Origin: Eledone cirrhosa
Taxonomy: Eukaryota
Reading direction: 5' to 3'
DNA length: 64,000 nucleotides
NCBI GenBank assembly: GCA_964016885.1
Contig: OZ024740.1
Coordinates: 215,264,001 to 215,328,000, forward strand
Below, one piece after another: positions 41,368 to 54,490 of this stretch; positions within the stretch are counted from its first letter, which is position 1; the number at the start of each line of letters is the position of its first letter. The position numbers and the translations under genes are program-made. The notes beneath the pieces were generated by a model. That model was not told where the DNA came from. It saw only the letters and a program-made list of their open reading frames with translations, and made no database searches.

Positions 41368-42348
41368 TCAAATGTGTATCTGTTTGTGGGTTTTTAAGTG
41401 ACTCTTATATATAAATGATTTATCACATATTTCACAACGATAGGGTCTTTCTCCGGTGTGGCTACGCTTGTGGAGTGTAAGCTGACAATTTTCAATGAAA
41501 GATTTTCCACATATTTCACAATGAAACGGTTTTTCTCCTGTATGGCGTTTTATGTGCTTTGTTAAAAGATAGTTAGTGATAAATGATTTACTACATAATA
41601 TACAGTGGAATGGTTTCTCTCCAGAATGTATAATTTTGTGAACTACAAGGCCAGAATTATCAGAGAATGATTTGCCACATAAATCACACTGATAGGGTTT
41701 TTCTCCGGTGTGAGTTCGTTTGTGGACTGTAAGTTTGGAATTTTCATTGAAAGATTTACCACATATTTGACAGTGGTAGGGTTTTTCTCCAGTGTGTATT
41801 CTTTTGTGTCTTGTTAAGGGGCTGTTAGTGATAAATGATTTCCCACATATATCACATTGGAACGGTTTCTCTCCAGTGTGTGTTCGTTTGTGAACTAACA
41901 GACTTGAATTTTCAGAGAATGATTTGCCACATATTTCACAATTATATGGTTTTTCTCCAGTGTGACTCCGTATATGGATAACAAGATGAGAACTACGATA
42001 GAATGATTTCCCACAAACTTCACAATGAAACTGTTTTTCTCCATTGTGTTTAATTTTGTGTCTTTTTAAATTACTATTACCAGCAAATGATATCTCACAT
42101 ATTTCACAGTGAAACGGTTTCTCTCCAGAGTGTGTTCTTTTATGCCTTATTAAATTACTGTTGTCCATAAAATATCTCCCACATATTTCACAATGATAGA
42201 GTTTTTTCTGACTGTATGTAAACACTTCATGATCTGGCAAGAATGTTTCACAAGGTAAAGGTTTCTCATCACTATATGACCGTGAAACAGAATCTATATT
42301 GTTAAAAACAGTTGTGTTGGAAGTGTCCAAGTGGTTGACGTTCTCCAT
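41368..42348 (-). CDS. C2H2 zinc-finger protein ZNF-A, 326 aa, 10 tandem fingers, single coding exon
   Basis: Uninterrupted ORF from MENVNHLDTSN (start shared with both paralogs); 10 C-x2-C-x12-H-x3-H fingers with TGEKP linkers. The upstream 52 aa of the track ORF are Helitron/UTR sequence. Confidence 0.9.
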   Translation of the reverse strand: MENVNHLDTSNTTVFNNIDSVSRSYSDEKPLPCETFLPDHEVFTYSQKKLYHCEICGRYFMDNSNLIRHKRTHSGEKPFHCEICEISFAGNSNLKRHKIKHNGEKQFHCEVCGKSFYRSSHLVIHIRSHTGEKPYNCEICGKSFSENSSLLVHKRTHTGEKPFQCDICGKSFITNSPLTRHKRIHTGEKPYHCQICGKSFNENSKLTVHKRTHTGEKPYQCDLCGKSFSDNSGLVVHKIIHSGEKPFHCILCSKSFITNYLLTKHIKRHTGEKPFHCEICGKSFIENCQLTLHKRSHTGERPYRCEICDKSFIYKSHLKTHKQIHI

Positions 42349-42364
42349 ATTAATTCTCAGGAAA

Positions 42365-45300
42365 TCTATATATAATATAAAAGAGAGATGCTTCTTGGTT
42401 GGTTTAATCACACGAAAATTACACACACGTACATAGACACACACACACACATCTAAAGAGAGAGAGAGAGAGTGAGACATGCCGTTATACAGGGAGGGGT
42501 ACAATTAAAGTGTTAGATATTTAGATAGAGAGAGAGAGAATGGCAACAAACGATGATTTACACACACACACACACATCGAAAGAGAGAAAAAGACACAGG
42601 GGGAGAGTGAGATATGCCGTTATACAGAGGTACAATTAAAGTGTTGGATATTCAGATAGAGAGAGAATGGCAACGAACTCTGGTTTACACACACACACAG
42701 ACATATATATATATATATATATATATATAGGAAAAGAGTCAGGACCCCGACGGCTGAGCTCCGGCCTGAGCCCAGCTGTCGTGGTCCTGACTCTTTTCCT
42801 ATTACCCACTCTACTACCCTAAGTATCGAGTACTCTGGTGCGTTATGGTCCACCTGGTATCTTACCACTACCTGAGCATTCTTAATTGTTTCGTGGCCAG
42901 CGTCTCCATTGCATCAGTGTGTGTGTGTCAGTGTGTCGTTACACAATAGATCAAAGTATCAGTAGGTTTGTCGTTTTACAGCAGTCATTGAAAGTTAGAT
43001 GATACTAACTACAACACACAGAGTACACAGAGCATACAACGCTCTTCAGTATCCTTTGATTTTTTGGAGAGGTCAGGATAGATACAATTTTGCCTTAAGA
43101 CAAGTAAACCCCAGTACAGGCGAGGAAACTAATAAATCGGTCAGTTGCAAAATTTTTTATTCATTTCACTTCGTGGTAAGAGATTGCTTTAAACATATAC
43201 TAAGAATGGGAAGACTTACAAGCCAATTAATGGTTGATCCCGCCGGGGTTAACTTTGCCTTTCATCCTTACGGGGTCGATAAAATAAAGTACCAGTAATG
43301 TACTGGGTATTTGCTGGCCTTGTGCCAAAAGTAGAAACAATTAATTAAAAACAGAGCCATACATCCATTTGAGAGATGCCATTATAACTGATGGAATGAA
43401 TCCTTCCAGTGTTGGTCAGCCAGTCATTCTGCCATCTAGCTTCACAGGCAGTTCACGCTATATGGCTGAGCGCACATAAGATGCCATGGCATATGTAAGA
43501 AAATTTGGATGTCCAGATCTTTTCATATCATTTACATGCAATCCTATGTGGCCAGAAATTCAAAATGAACTGTTTCAACACCAATATGCAAAAGATAGAC
43601 ATGACATCATCGCCAGAGTTTTTAATGAGAAACAAACGATATTGATGTGGCTGCTAAAAGATGGACAAATCTTTGGCAAACTAAGATGTTGCCTTTACAC
43701 TATTGAATGGCAGAAGAGAGGTCTTCCTCATTCCCATATGCTAATTTGGTGTTCAGACCACATTCACTCAGATCAAATTGATAAAATCATAAGCACTGAA
43801 TTGCTCGATCCTGATGAAGACCCAGAACTATTTGCCATTATCTCAAAACAAATTATACATGGTCCATGTGGCAGTATCAACCCTAAGTGTGTGTGAATGG
43901 GAAATAAATGTGAAAAAAGATATCCAAGGCATTTTCAACAAGAAACCATAACTGGTGATGACGGATATCCTCAATACAGACGGAGAAGCCCTCACTGTGG
44001 TGGAAAAACTGTGATTATCAAGATACGAGGTCAAGACGTTCAGGTTGGTAACAATTGGGTCGTTCCCTACAATCCTCTCCTCTGCAAAATTCTTATGCTC
44101 ACATCAGTTGTGAGTACCACGCATCAGTAAAATCAATCAGGTATGTTTGTAAATATGTCAACAAAGGTATGGCAACTTTTACTATTGGTGGCGATAACGA
44201 ATTGAATGAAGTTAAAACATACCTAACAGGGAGATATATTTCTAGCAATGAAGCCATATGGAGAATCTTCGGTTTTGACATACACAATAGACACCCAGCG
44301 GTAGTGAACCTTGCAGTCCATTTGGAAAATGGTCAGAGGGTATATTACACTGAAGAAAATGCACAATTGATTGCTGCGTTTCCTCCAGACACAACGCTCA
44401 CTGCTTTTTTAAAGCTTTGTGGAGAAGATGCCTTTGCTAAAACCTTACTTTATCATGAGGTTCCCACATTCTACACATGGAATAAAAAGAAATGGAGCCG
44501 ACGAAAGATAGGCAATCATGTGGCTGGCTATCAAGACATCAAAGCAAGTGGTGCAATAGGAAGAGTTTACACGGTACATCCTAGACATAGGGAATGTTTC
44601 CATTACTCCTTGACACTGTTAGAGGGCCAACATCATTTGAAAATATCCAAATTGTACATTCAACTCCCTGTACAATGTATGCTGAAGAATGTAAATTACT
44701 TGGCATACTTGAAGACGAGGAATATTGTAAAAAGACATTGGAAGGGGCAGCTGCCACTCAAATGCCTAAAAAGCTTTGACAACACTTTGCTGTAATGCTC
44801 ACTACGTACAATATTTCAGATCTCTTGAGTCTCTGGGAAAACTATAAGAAAGACTTGTCTCAAGATATTGCACAGGATCAAACTTCAAAACACTGGCATT
44901 AATGTAGATTTTTCTGCACCTATCTATAATGAAGCTCTGACAGAAATTAACAATCACCTGAGGGAAATTGGTTGGTCCCTTAAAGATTACGGTTTACCAG
45001 AACCTGAGGACACAGTTGCATACTTTATTGCACAGGATATATTAAAGGTGATGAATTATGACATCAACAAGCTTGCACAATATGTCAATGAAAATGAAGA
45101 AAAGCTGATTGAAGATCAAAGAATTGCTTATGAAAAACTATTGACCAGTATCAACCAGAATGAAGGAGGCCTTTACTTTTTAGATGCTCCAGGAGGAACT
45201 GGTAAAACCTTCATAATAAATCTCATATTGGCAAAAGTAAGGCAGTGGAAGCAAATTGCTTTGGCTGTTGCATCAAGTGGTATTGCTGCTACCTTACTTG

Positions 45301-46589
45301 ATGGAGGCAAAACAGCACACTCAATGTTCAAGTTGCCATTGAATGTCACAAGAGAAGAGTCTCCTTCGTGCAATATCAAAACGAACACACCAAAAGCAAA
45401 GCTTTTTGAGAAGTTCTCTATGATCATATGGGCCACAATGGCGCATAGAAAGTTATTTGTGGCTCTGGACATTCTTTTAGAGACATTAGAGATATAATGA
45501 AATCATGGGAGAAGTAATGATGGTGCTTGCTGGTGACTTCAGATAAATTCTCCCAGTCGTTCCTAAAGGCACGAGAGCTGATATTGTAAACGCTTGCCTC
45601 CCCGTTGTTCCTAAAGGCACGTGAGCTGATATTGTAAACACTTAAAGTCTCAACTATATGGCAACAAGTCCAGCAATTACCCTTGAGGACCAACATAAGA
45701 GTGCAGTTATACAATGATACAGAAATTGATACTTTTGCAAAACAGCTAATTAAACTGTGTGATGGAAATCTACAAGATGAAAATAGAGAAGTCAACCTTC
45801 CATTTGGAAATGTCTGTAATACAACGAACTAATTGATCAAGTATTTCAAAATGTTGCCTCAAATTATATCAATCAATCATGGCTGTTTGAGCAAGTGATT
45901 TTAGTGTAAAACAATAATATGGTAAATCAGATAAACCAATGCCTACTGGATACGGTCCCAGGGGAGGTTCATACATTTGTCTTCATTGACAAGATTGAAA
46001 AGGATGATGAAGTTGTTAATTATCCTGTAGGGTTCCTTAATAGCCTGGAGCTTCCTGGACTTCCTCCACTCAATTTAACGCTAAAGATTGGAACTCCCAT
46101 CATCCTTTTGAGAAACCTGGACCCACCATGTCTATACAATGGCACACACTTAACAGTGAAGCGGATGATGAAACATCTCCTAGAGGTCACTATTCTTGGA
46201 GGCAATCATCACGGCAAAAATTCATTTATTCCAAAAATTCCACTTATCCCTTCTTCTACCGAGCTGCCATTCAGATTCTCAAGACTTCAGTTCCCTGTTA
46301 GAGCCAGTTTTGCTATGACCATAAAGAAAGCTCAGGGTCAGAGTCTCAAAGTTGTAGGATTGAATCTGAGAGAATAAGTTTTTACCCATGGACAGTTATA
46401 TCTTGATTGTTCACAAGTGGGAACATCTAGAAATCTTCATATACTATGCACGAATCTGGAAGTTTTTTCACTTTTTTTGTCACACACACACCACGGTCTC
46501 GCCTCATACTGTAAACCAGACAATGCATCCAATGCAGTCGTTTTCTCTTACAAACTGTCCACCCGGGCGAAGCCGGGTACCTCATCTAG
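42365..46589 (+). mobile_element. Helitron with both termini and a degraded Rep/Pif1-helicase ORF
   Basis: 5' TC; 3' hairpin cccgg-gcgaag-ccggg then CTAG; A|T target. Rep motifs PDLFISFTCNPMWPEI, EWQKRGLPHSH, YVCKYVNKG; helicase motifs FLDAPGGTGKTF, ASSGIAATLLDGGKTAHS, FAMTIKKAQGQSL; many stops and frameshifts. Confidence 0.95.
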
Positions 46590-47929
46590 TTCTTAAAATA
46601 TGAAAGTCTGTGACTGTAATTTCTTATGGTTCATGCTATTGTCTTCGATGTCACAGGACTGTTTATATACTACAATAAGATTAGATGGAATATATTATAT
46701 CATAGTACAGTTTTTAGTCATTAATATCACAGGACTGTTTATATGATATAATATTAGATGGAGTATATTATATTATGATAGTTTGTTAGTCTTTGATATC
46801 ACAGGACTGTTTATATGATATAATTGTTTCTACTTTTGGCACAAGGCCAGCAATTTACCAGTATATTACTGGTACTTTATTTTATCGACCCCGTAAGGAT
46901 GAAAGGCAAAGTTGACCTCGGCAGGATTCGAACTCACAGAGTATGATCTATTGTTCAGTTTTTTGTCTTACATATCATGGGAGTATGTTTACATATATAG
47001 ACAATATGTATTGTAAATATATTTTCTACTTACAATAGATGGTGTGTGGGGTGCGCCTGTATATGTGTGCTATAACGATAATCCGAATTCTGCAATCCTT
47101 AGATTTGATATCCAGCTGAAAAGGGAAGAAGTTGCTAGGAAAGTTAATTGCTAATTAGTTGGTGATTAAAACTTATTTCCCGCTGTCCTGCAAAATGTGG
47201 AACAACCAATTCACGATGTAACGTAACTTGTGATGAAATATTTAATCCTGAAGGTGATGTATTACTGACTCTATGCTATCCATTAACGTTCACCTTAACA
47301 TGAGAAAATGACTACACATGACATAACTAGATTAATTAAAACTATCAAGATATTAACTTGACGGTGTTGTTGACAATTATCTCCTCCAGTAAATACTACC
47401 GGTGACTTAAGTTAAAAGTCTCTAATATAAAAATCAATCTTTCCTCATAGTCCTACTGTACCGCTCTGACCAGAGACTAAACAACATTTATAAGAAATAT
47501 CCTTGCCACCGAAATAAATAAATAAAAACATACATAAAAATCAAAAATTCATTATATATAATTTTGAAACCTAAACCATAAAACCTCCATATCCTTTCTC
47601 CAAAGAAAAACAAAACAAAAACAAACAAAACTTAAATCAACTCAGAACTATTGTAATTTATTATAAAAAGTCTAATTATTGTCTATATTAGACTTCAGAT
47701 TTAGGACACAGCATGGCCCATTACTGAATAGGGATGTAAGTTATGAAAGACTTATTCCTCAATGTAGGAAAAAACATTTTCACAAAGAAGCTATGAGTAA
47801 TACTTAGCTTCAGATATACACTTAACTCCACAAACCTTTTAGGAAATATATACCAAGACTCACATCCTTTACTCTCCTTGGATTCAGGGTTTTACTGTAT
47901 ATTAGATAAGTTTTTATTAAATAATATAT

Positions 47930-48395
47930 ATATATACATAAATAACATTACAAATTGCTCACAATTGTTTAGAAATAACATTACAAATATGATGTTGATA
48001 AAAACAAATATAAGCACATATAACAAACACAATTAACTATTGCTAAGAACCTCACAAAAACAACACCAAAATATATTACCAGAGTGAGAAAAAGAAGAAA
48101 AAAGAAAAAAGAGGGAAGCAAAAACAAAAACAAAAAGGACCAATTCACCACCAAGTGTGACAATCAGTTGTACATCACATCACGAGGGTCAATGGAATAT
48201 TTTGATGATGGGGAGGCTAAGGCACTGAAACAATCAGGCACCCTCACAGACATCACCTGACACTTCAGTAAGGTGAGGTGATGGGGAGGCTAAGGCACTG
48301 AAACAATCAGGCACCCTCACAGACATCACCTGACACCTCAGTAAGGTGAGGTGATGGGGAGGCTAAGGCAATGAAATAACCAGGCACCCTCACAT
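47930..48395 (-). mobile_element. CRE-like LINE 3' end containing a 73-bp tandem repeat (~2.5 units)
   Basis: gatggggaggctaaggc recurs at 48207, 48280 and 48353. Confidence 0.7.
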
Positions 48396-48769
48396 ATATT
48401 TTTATTGATTTTTCCAACAACAGATTTCTGTTGAGGAATTATCCAGTCACAGGCCTGGAATCCTAACTGTTGAGGATTTATCCAAACACAGGCCTGGATT
48501 CCTAAATGTTGAGGAGTTATTCAATCAAAGGCCTAGTTTCCTAACTGTTTAACAATTCATGAATCACTCATTTCCATAGCTATCAAAATCAACAAGGATA
48601 TTAATTCAAGTTCATTCTGAATCAATAGAACATAATTTTTCCTTCAGTAGTCAAGAAGTTTAATTTAACTTCCAAGCTGTCAAGTTTACTTGCAATAGTC
48701 AGTCTTATCTGACAAAATGTTTTTGAGCACAGATTACTAACTGAATCTATCAAGCAAAAAATTCCTTTG

Positions 48770-49320
48770 TTTGCTAAATGATGGCAAGCGCCCCGATGGA
48801 ATTACCTTCTTCTCAGTCGAAGGAAATAAATCCCTCAAATCGGATGTAACATGCTGTGACACATTCTCCACCTCTAACTTTGTCACTTCAGCCACAAATT
48901 CCATTACCGCAGCTTGCAATGCAGAAAACAGGAAGATAAGCAAATACCACAGCTTGTCTGGCCACTTCCTCTTTGCACAGGTCGCTGTTGAGACCTCAGG
49001 AATCCTTTGACCCCATACAGTTAACCTTCTCTGCAAAATTGGAATGACAGCAGCCCATCTGAGGAAGGAATCCCACGAGGTGGGGTGACTGTTGCAGTGT
49101 GTCGCTAACCATTTTCTGTGGAAATACCTTTATCATTTTGTCTTATGGGTGCAGCTGAAACACCACACTGACCTAGGTGTAGAGTCTGTCTCTCTCTTCC
49201 CTTCCCCCTTTCTTTCTATAATAGTCCTTTCTCTTTCCCTCCTTCTCCTCTCATTTATGACATTTATAGTCCTTCCCAATATTGCTTTCTTTTTCTGTAC
49301 ATTTTATTGAACAACATTCC
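48770..49320 (+). mobile_element. CRE-like LINE endonuclease region and 3' UTR
   Basis: DGKRPDGITFF..DVTCCDTFSTSN..FLFAQVAVETSG; homologous to 31440-32000. Confidence 0.75.
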
Positions 49321-50659
49321 ATATCTGTCAAATAAATGCCTGTATGTAATGATGGCTTGGCATGACTATCAAAAGCTTGCCTTTTCTTTCTCAACAAAAA
49401 TAAAATACTGCATTTACCATATTCATATACCATCTGTTGCTTCAACACCATAAATTGCAACTGCAGAATATTGCCTTCTGTGAAGTTTCTCTATACTACA
49501 CATATGCATCTCAAATTCACCCAGCCCACTCTGTAAAGTGGTGGTGGTGGTGCTATGATAAAATACACTCAACCCACTCTGTAAAGTGGTGGTAGTGTCA
49601 TGATAAAATGTACCCAGCCCACTCTGTAAAGTGGTAGTGGTGGTGCCATGATAAAATACACCCAGTACACTCTGTAAAGTGCTAGGACCAGGAAAAAAAG
49701 CACCAAGTGCACCCTGTCAGGTGGTACCATGAGAAAACAAACCCAGTACATTGGGAAAGGCATTTAGCCATAGAAATCATGCCAAAATGGGACATATGAG
49801 CAAGACACAGTCATCTGTCCTGAGTGTCAAGCCCTAGCATGACAACCTATCAAACCCACACAAGTGTTTACTTGATCAGCTATGATCAATACCATTGCTA
49901 TTACTGAATCTATATGAAGACAGTGGATTGGCAGAGCTTCAGACAAAATACTTTGTGGTATTTAGTTATGATTTTCTATATTCTGAGTTCAAATCCTAGT
50001 AAGGTCAATTTTGGAGTTAATGTAATCACCCACCCACCCTCCCAAATTGCTGGGCATGTGCCTATATTAGAAATAATAATTGAATCTATGTACCCTATAT
50101 TCTTAAATATAAGCTGAGGAATATGTTACCAAAAAATTGATGGTAGACGGGCGTCAGCTTACATTCAGGGTCAATATTTTAATGATTTTCACCAACTTCA
50201 AATTTTACGTAAATAAGGTTCGTATTCTTGTGCATTTCTCAGACAATAGTGGGGTCGGCTTATATTCATATTGGCTTATATTCAATCATTTATGGTAAAT
50301 GCAATTTTGCTCTACTATTTTGTATATTTATAATTTTTTTTTTTGTTTTCCCCCTTTAAATTTTTTTTTTATTACTTGTCTCATTAGCTCTTTTGAATAC
50401 CAACTTTTAAGAGTACTCAATACTTCCCATAGACTGTCATGACTTACTAGCTCTATACAGATGTTTAAATTGATTAAATAAATAAATATGTATTGTGTTA
50501 TTCTTAATGTGTTGTATTGAATCTTTATTTAATACACGTTCACCTCATTTGTAACATATCTCCTCACTGGTAACCTCTGATGAATGAAATAACTTCAACT
50601 ACATATGAGTGTCTATCTACAGCAGTGGACTGGCAGTGTCAATAGAATGTCAGATAGAA

Positions 50660-51192
50660 TCATCATCATCATTATTGTTTAACGTCCATCTTCCATGATA
50701 GCATTGAGAGAGATCCAGGAGAATCAGACAGAACTGATTTGGGCTTGGTTTCTATGGCTGGATGCCCTTCCTAGTGCAAACCACATTTACAGTGAGTACT
50801 GGGTGCTTTTTGTGATGACGCCTACACAACCACTTTACAACATGGACTGGGTGCTTTTTGTCAAGACACCTACACAACCACTTTACAGTGTGTACTGGGT
50901 GCTTTTTGTCAAGACACCTACACAATCACTTTACAGCATGGACTGGGTGCTTTTTGTCAAGACACCTACACAACCACTTTACAGTGTGTACTGGGTGCTT
51001 TTTGTCAAGACACCTACACAACCACTTTACAGTGTGTACTGGGTGCTTTTTGTCAAGACACCTACACAACCACTTTACAGCATGGACTGGGTGCTTTTTG
51101 TCAAGACACCTACACAACCACTTTACAGTGTGTACTGGGTGCTTTTTGTCATGACACCTACACAACCACTGTGCAGTGTGGACTGGGTGCTT
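50660..51192 (-). repeat. SINE-type tail plus 48-bp minisatellite (~8 units)
   Basis: Unit actgggtgctttttgtcaagacacctacacaaccactttacagtgtgt, the reverse complement of the 412-770 type. A degenerate plus-strand array lies at 49520-49750. Confidence 0.85.
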
Positions 51193-51652
51193 TGTGATAT
51201 TCGTTCTGCCTTGCTATGATCTAAGTTTAAAATTGTGCTGAGGTCAACTTTGCCTTTCATCCTTTCAAGGTTGATAAAAAAACCACCAGTCCAGTACTGG
51301 GGTCTCACTTCCCTTCTCTTTCTCTGGAAGAAATTAGCTGTGTTCAGACCTGGAGAGGGGATGGACTCCATTCAGTTTAAAGTACCCAAGACACATTGTA
51401 TGTTACTATGGCAGCCCTACATCTCCATCAGGAGTTACTGGTGTATAGATATGTATCTACACACAAACACATACATATGTATAGGTAAGACACCCATGCA
51501 TGTATGTGTGTAACTATGCAAAAGGGATGTAGTAGCAACACAAAGAATCCAATACATTTAAAATACAAGAAAAAAGCCTAATTTCACTTCTCTATTTGTA
51601 TCAGAGACTGGAATATTCTGAAATATATGCCAATAGTAACTTAGCCCTTTAA

Positions 51653-52092
51653 CCTTTTAGCATTTAAGCCAGCCGTATCCGGTCAGAATTCTCTCACCTC
51701 TTTCTGTTCGAACTAGCTGTAACTGACCACTCACACTAATGTTAAGGTATTGTTCTGAAAATAATTAATATCAAAATTCCAGATTCGATATTATGTGAAA
51801 TAATTGTGTAAGATAAAGCCTTTACCGCAAAAATACAATAGTAAATATAGAGTAATGTAAATGCTAAAGGGTTAACATTTAAACTGGCTGTATCTGGCCA
51901 GAATTTTCTCACCTCTTTCTGTTCAAACTGGCCATAACTGCCCACTCATACTGATGTTCAGGTATTGTTCTCAAAATAAATAATATCAAAATCTAATAGA
52001 TTTGATATTATGTGAGATAATTATGTGAGGTAAAGCCTTTACTGTAAAAATATAATAGTATATATAAAGTAATGTAAATGCTAAAGGGTTAA
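51653..52092. mobile_element. piggyBac-type MITE, head-to-tail dimer
   Basis: ttaaccttttagcattt..aaatgctaaagggttaa, followed by a second near-complete copy ending aaatgctaaagggttaa. Confidence 0.7.
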
Positions 52093-53205
52093 GTAACTTT
52101 TGTTGTTTTGAATTCACACTTAAACTAAGATTGTGTTGTCTCTCTTGACTAATTAATCATCTACTAACATTACATAGCTATGATATGTCCAACCCATGCC
52201 AGTATAGAAAGTGGATGTAATATGGTGATGATTGGTATACAAAAGAAGACATCATGATCACTGTTTAACATCTATTTTCCATGTTAGCATGGGTTAGATG
52301 GTGTGTCCCATTTGAGACAAGTCAGATCAAGTGTCTATGTCTTGTTCATACAGAACTGTTTCTGGCTTGGTTTCTATGGCTGGATGCTCTTCCTAATGCA
52401 AACCATATTTACAGTGCAGGCTAGGTGCTTTTTATTGTGGCACCGTAACGGCCACTTTACAGTGTGGACTGTGGTCTGGGGTGGATCAGTTGGAAATAGC
52501 TGCCTCTGACAGATGAAGAAGATATTTTGTCAAAAATTTCCAGTGATAGGATTTTACATGGATTTCTTTATACTTCTATTTAGCAAGACAGCTTTTAGCT
52601 GAGAATAATTTTCCACACATTTCACATCTATACTCCCCCGCCCCTCTGCATTTTTTTGTTATGATTAATGATGAGTTTCTTGTCTCTCTGTAAAAATACT
52701 TTAATGACAAATATTGGTCGCTCTCCGACAGGTTTGCGGTCAAGCCCGTAGCAGTGGAAACTTCTGGTGTCCTTGGCCCTAGGACCACCTCCCCGCATGA
52801 GTGAGTTCGTGAGCTGGAGTGGCTCTTCCAACACGTCTCTCTCCCCACCCTTCTTTATTCTATCCACTGGAGCCATGGGGCAGCCAGTACATGGGCCCCA
52901 ATTTGCCTATAATAATGAGAGATGGGGTGAGCGAGAGACGGAGGCAATGAGTGAAAGAGAGAGAACATCAACATTTATTTATTTATTTGTTTTTACAAAT
53001 AACTATGAATAGATCTTTTTCCATTGTGTATTTTTGGATTACAGGCGAAAAACTCAGAGAAAAATTTCAAAAATAATTCACAACGATTTTTTCTTCAGTT
53101 TGTATTCAACTGTAGATTACATTAAATAATTCCCCCGTCATTTCACACTGACATTGTCTTTTTGTCAACTATAAGTATCTATTTCATAAATGCGATTTTC
53201 CCAAA

Positions 53206-53398
53206 TGAGGGTCAGCTGAAAAGTTCATAGGCTGACTACAAGTGACGCTACAGCTGTGAAATATTGCATACATTAATTTCGACTCTTCTTATTAATAACT
53301 GCATTATTTCTTTCCTGGGACTATGTTAAAAATAAACCTCATTTGGTTATCCCATGAGAGTACCTTGGTCAGCTTATGAACTTTTCAGCTTACCCTCG
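53206..53398. mobile_element. Mariner-like MITE
   Basis: TIR gagggtcagctgaaaagttcataggctgac / gtcagcttatgaacttttcagcttaccctcg followed by TA. Partial copy at ~15845-15955. Confidence 0.7.
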
Positions 53399-53552
53399 TA
53401 TTTTAATAAAAGAGCTTCTATCCAACAAAAGCATATTTGTATACTACAAGATATACATTAAAAAAATATATTTTTCTGACATTACACTATAATATTCTCC
53501 AACATTTACTTGGTGGTGGACAATAAGTTTGCAAGAATAAGATTTTTCATGT

Positions 53553-54490
53553 TTATGTTTCACAGTTAACAGTCTCTCCTCCAATGTGTATCAGTTGGTG
53601 TGTTTTTAGTTGACCATTAGTGATAAATGATTTATCACATATTTCACAATGATAAGGTTTTGCTCCAGTGTGTCTACGTTTATGGACCGTTAGCTTAGAA
53701 TTTTCAATGAAAGATTTTCCACATATTTCACAATGAAATGGTTTTTCTCCAGTGTGTATTCTGTTGTGTCTTGTTAAGAGACTGTTACTGATAAATGATT
53801 TACCACATATTTCACATTGGAATGGTTTTTCTCCAGTGTGTATGTTTTTGTGAACTAACAAACTTGAATTATCAGAGAATGATTTGGCACATATTCCACA
53901 ATGATAGGGTTTTTCTCCAGTGTGAGTACGTTTGTGGAGTGTAAGTTTAGAATTCTCAATGAAAGATTTACCACATATTTGACATTGATACGGTTTTATT
54001 CCAGTATGTATCTGTGTATGTTTTGTTAAGAGACTGTTACAAACAAAAGATTTACCACATATTTCACAGTGGAAAGGTCTCTCTCTCCAGTATGTATTCT
54101 TTTGTGAACTACAAGCCTAGAATTACCAGAAAATGATGTCCCACATATTTCACAATGATAAGGTTTTTCTCCAGTGTGACTACGTATGTGGATAACAAGA
54201 TGAGAACTCTGGTTGAATGATTTATTACAGACTTCACACTGAAACTGTTTTTCTCCAGTGTGTATTCGTTTATGCCTTGTTAAATTACTGCTATTGGCAA
54301 ATGATTTCCCACATATTTCACAATGGTAGACTTTTTCTTGACCGTGTATTTCTTTGTGTGTGAAAATTTCATGTTCTGAAGAGAATGTTTCACTAGGTAA
54401 AGGTTTCTTATCACTATATGTCAGTGAAACAAAGTCTATATTGTTAAAAACAGTTGTATTAGAAATGTCCAAGTGTTTAACATTCTCCAT
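53553..54490 (-). pseudogene. C2H2 zinc-finger gene ZNF-B, 9 fingers, one +2 frameshift at ~54078-54087 (recent pseudogene or assembly error)
   Basis: MENVKHLDISN start. The linker after finger 3 reads ggagagagagacct (GA run 2 nt too long); removing 2 nt gives a continuous 311-aa ORF. Confidence 0.8.

Noticed and set aside
42349-42504. N-terminal extension of the 378-aa ZNF ORF (and 54491-54757 for ZNF-B)
   Set aside because: Derived from Helitron microsatellite or intron sequence; the paralogs agree only from MENV onward.
43486-46377. Functional host Pif1 helicase gene
   Set aside because: Fused to a Helitron Rep domain, bounded by Helitron termini, with many stops and frameshifts, a SINE insertion and a 48-bp duplication (~45551-45645).
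52576-52975. Additional ZNF gene (YRCEMCGKLF)
   Set aside because: Only a partial finger abutting a LINE-like fragment (VAVETSGVLGP) that is also present inverted at ~26810-27095; a relic at most.
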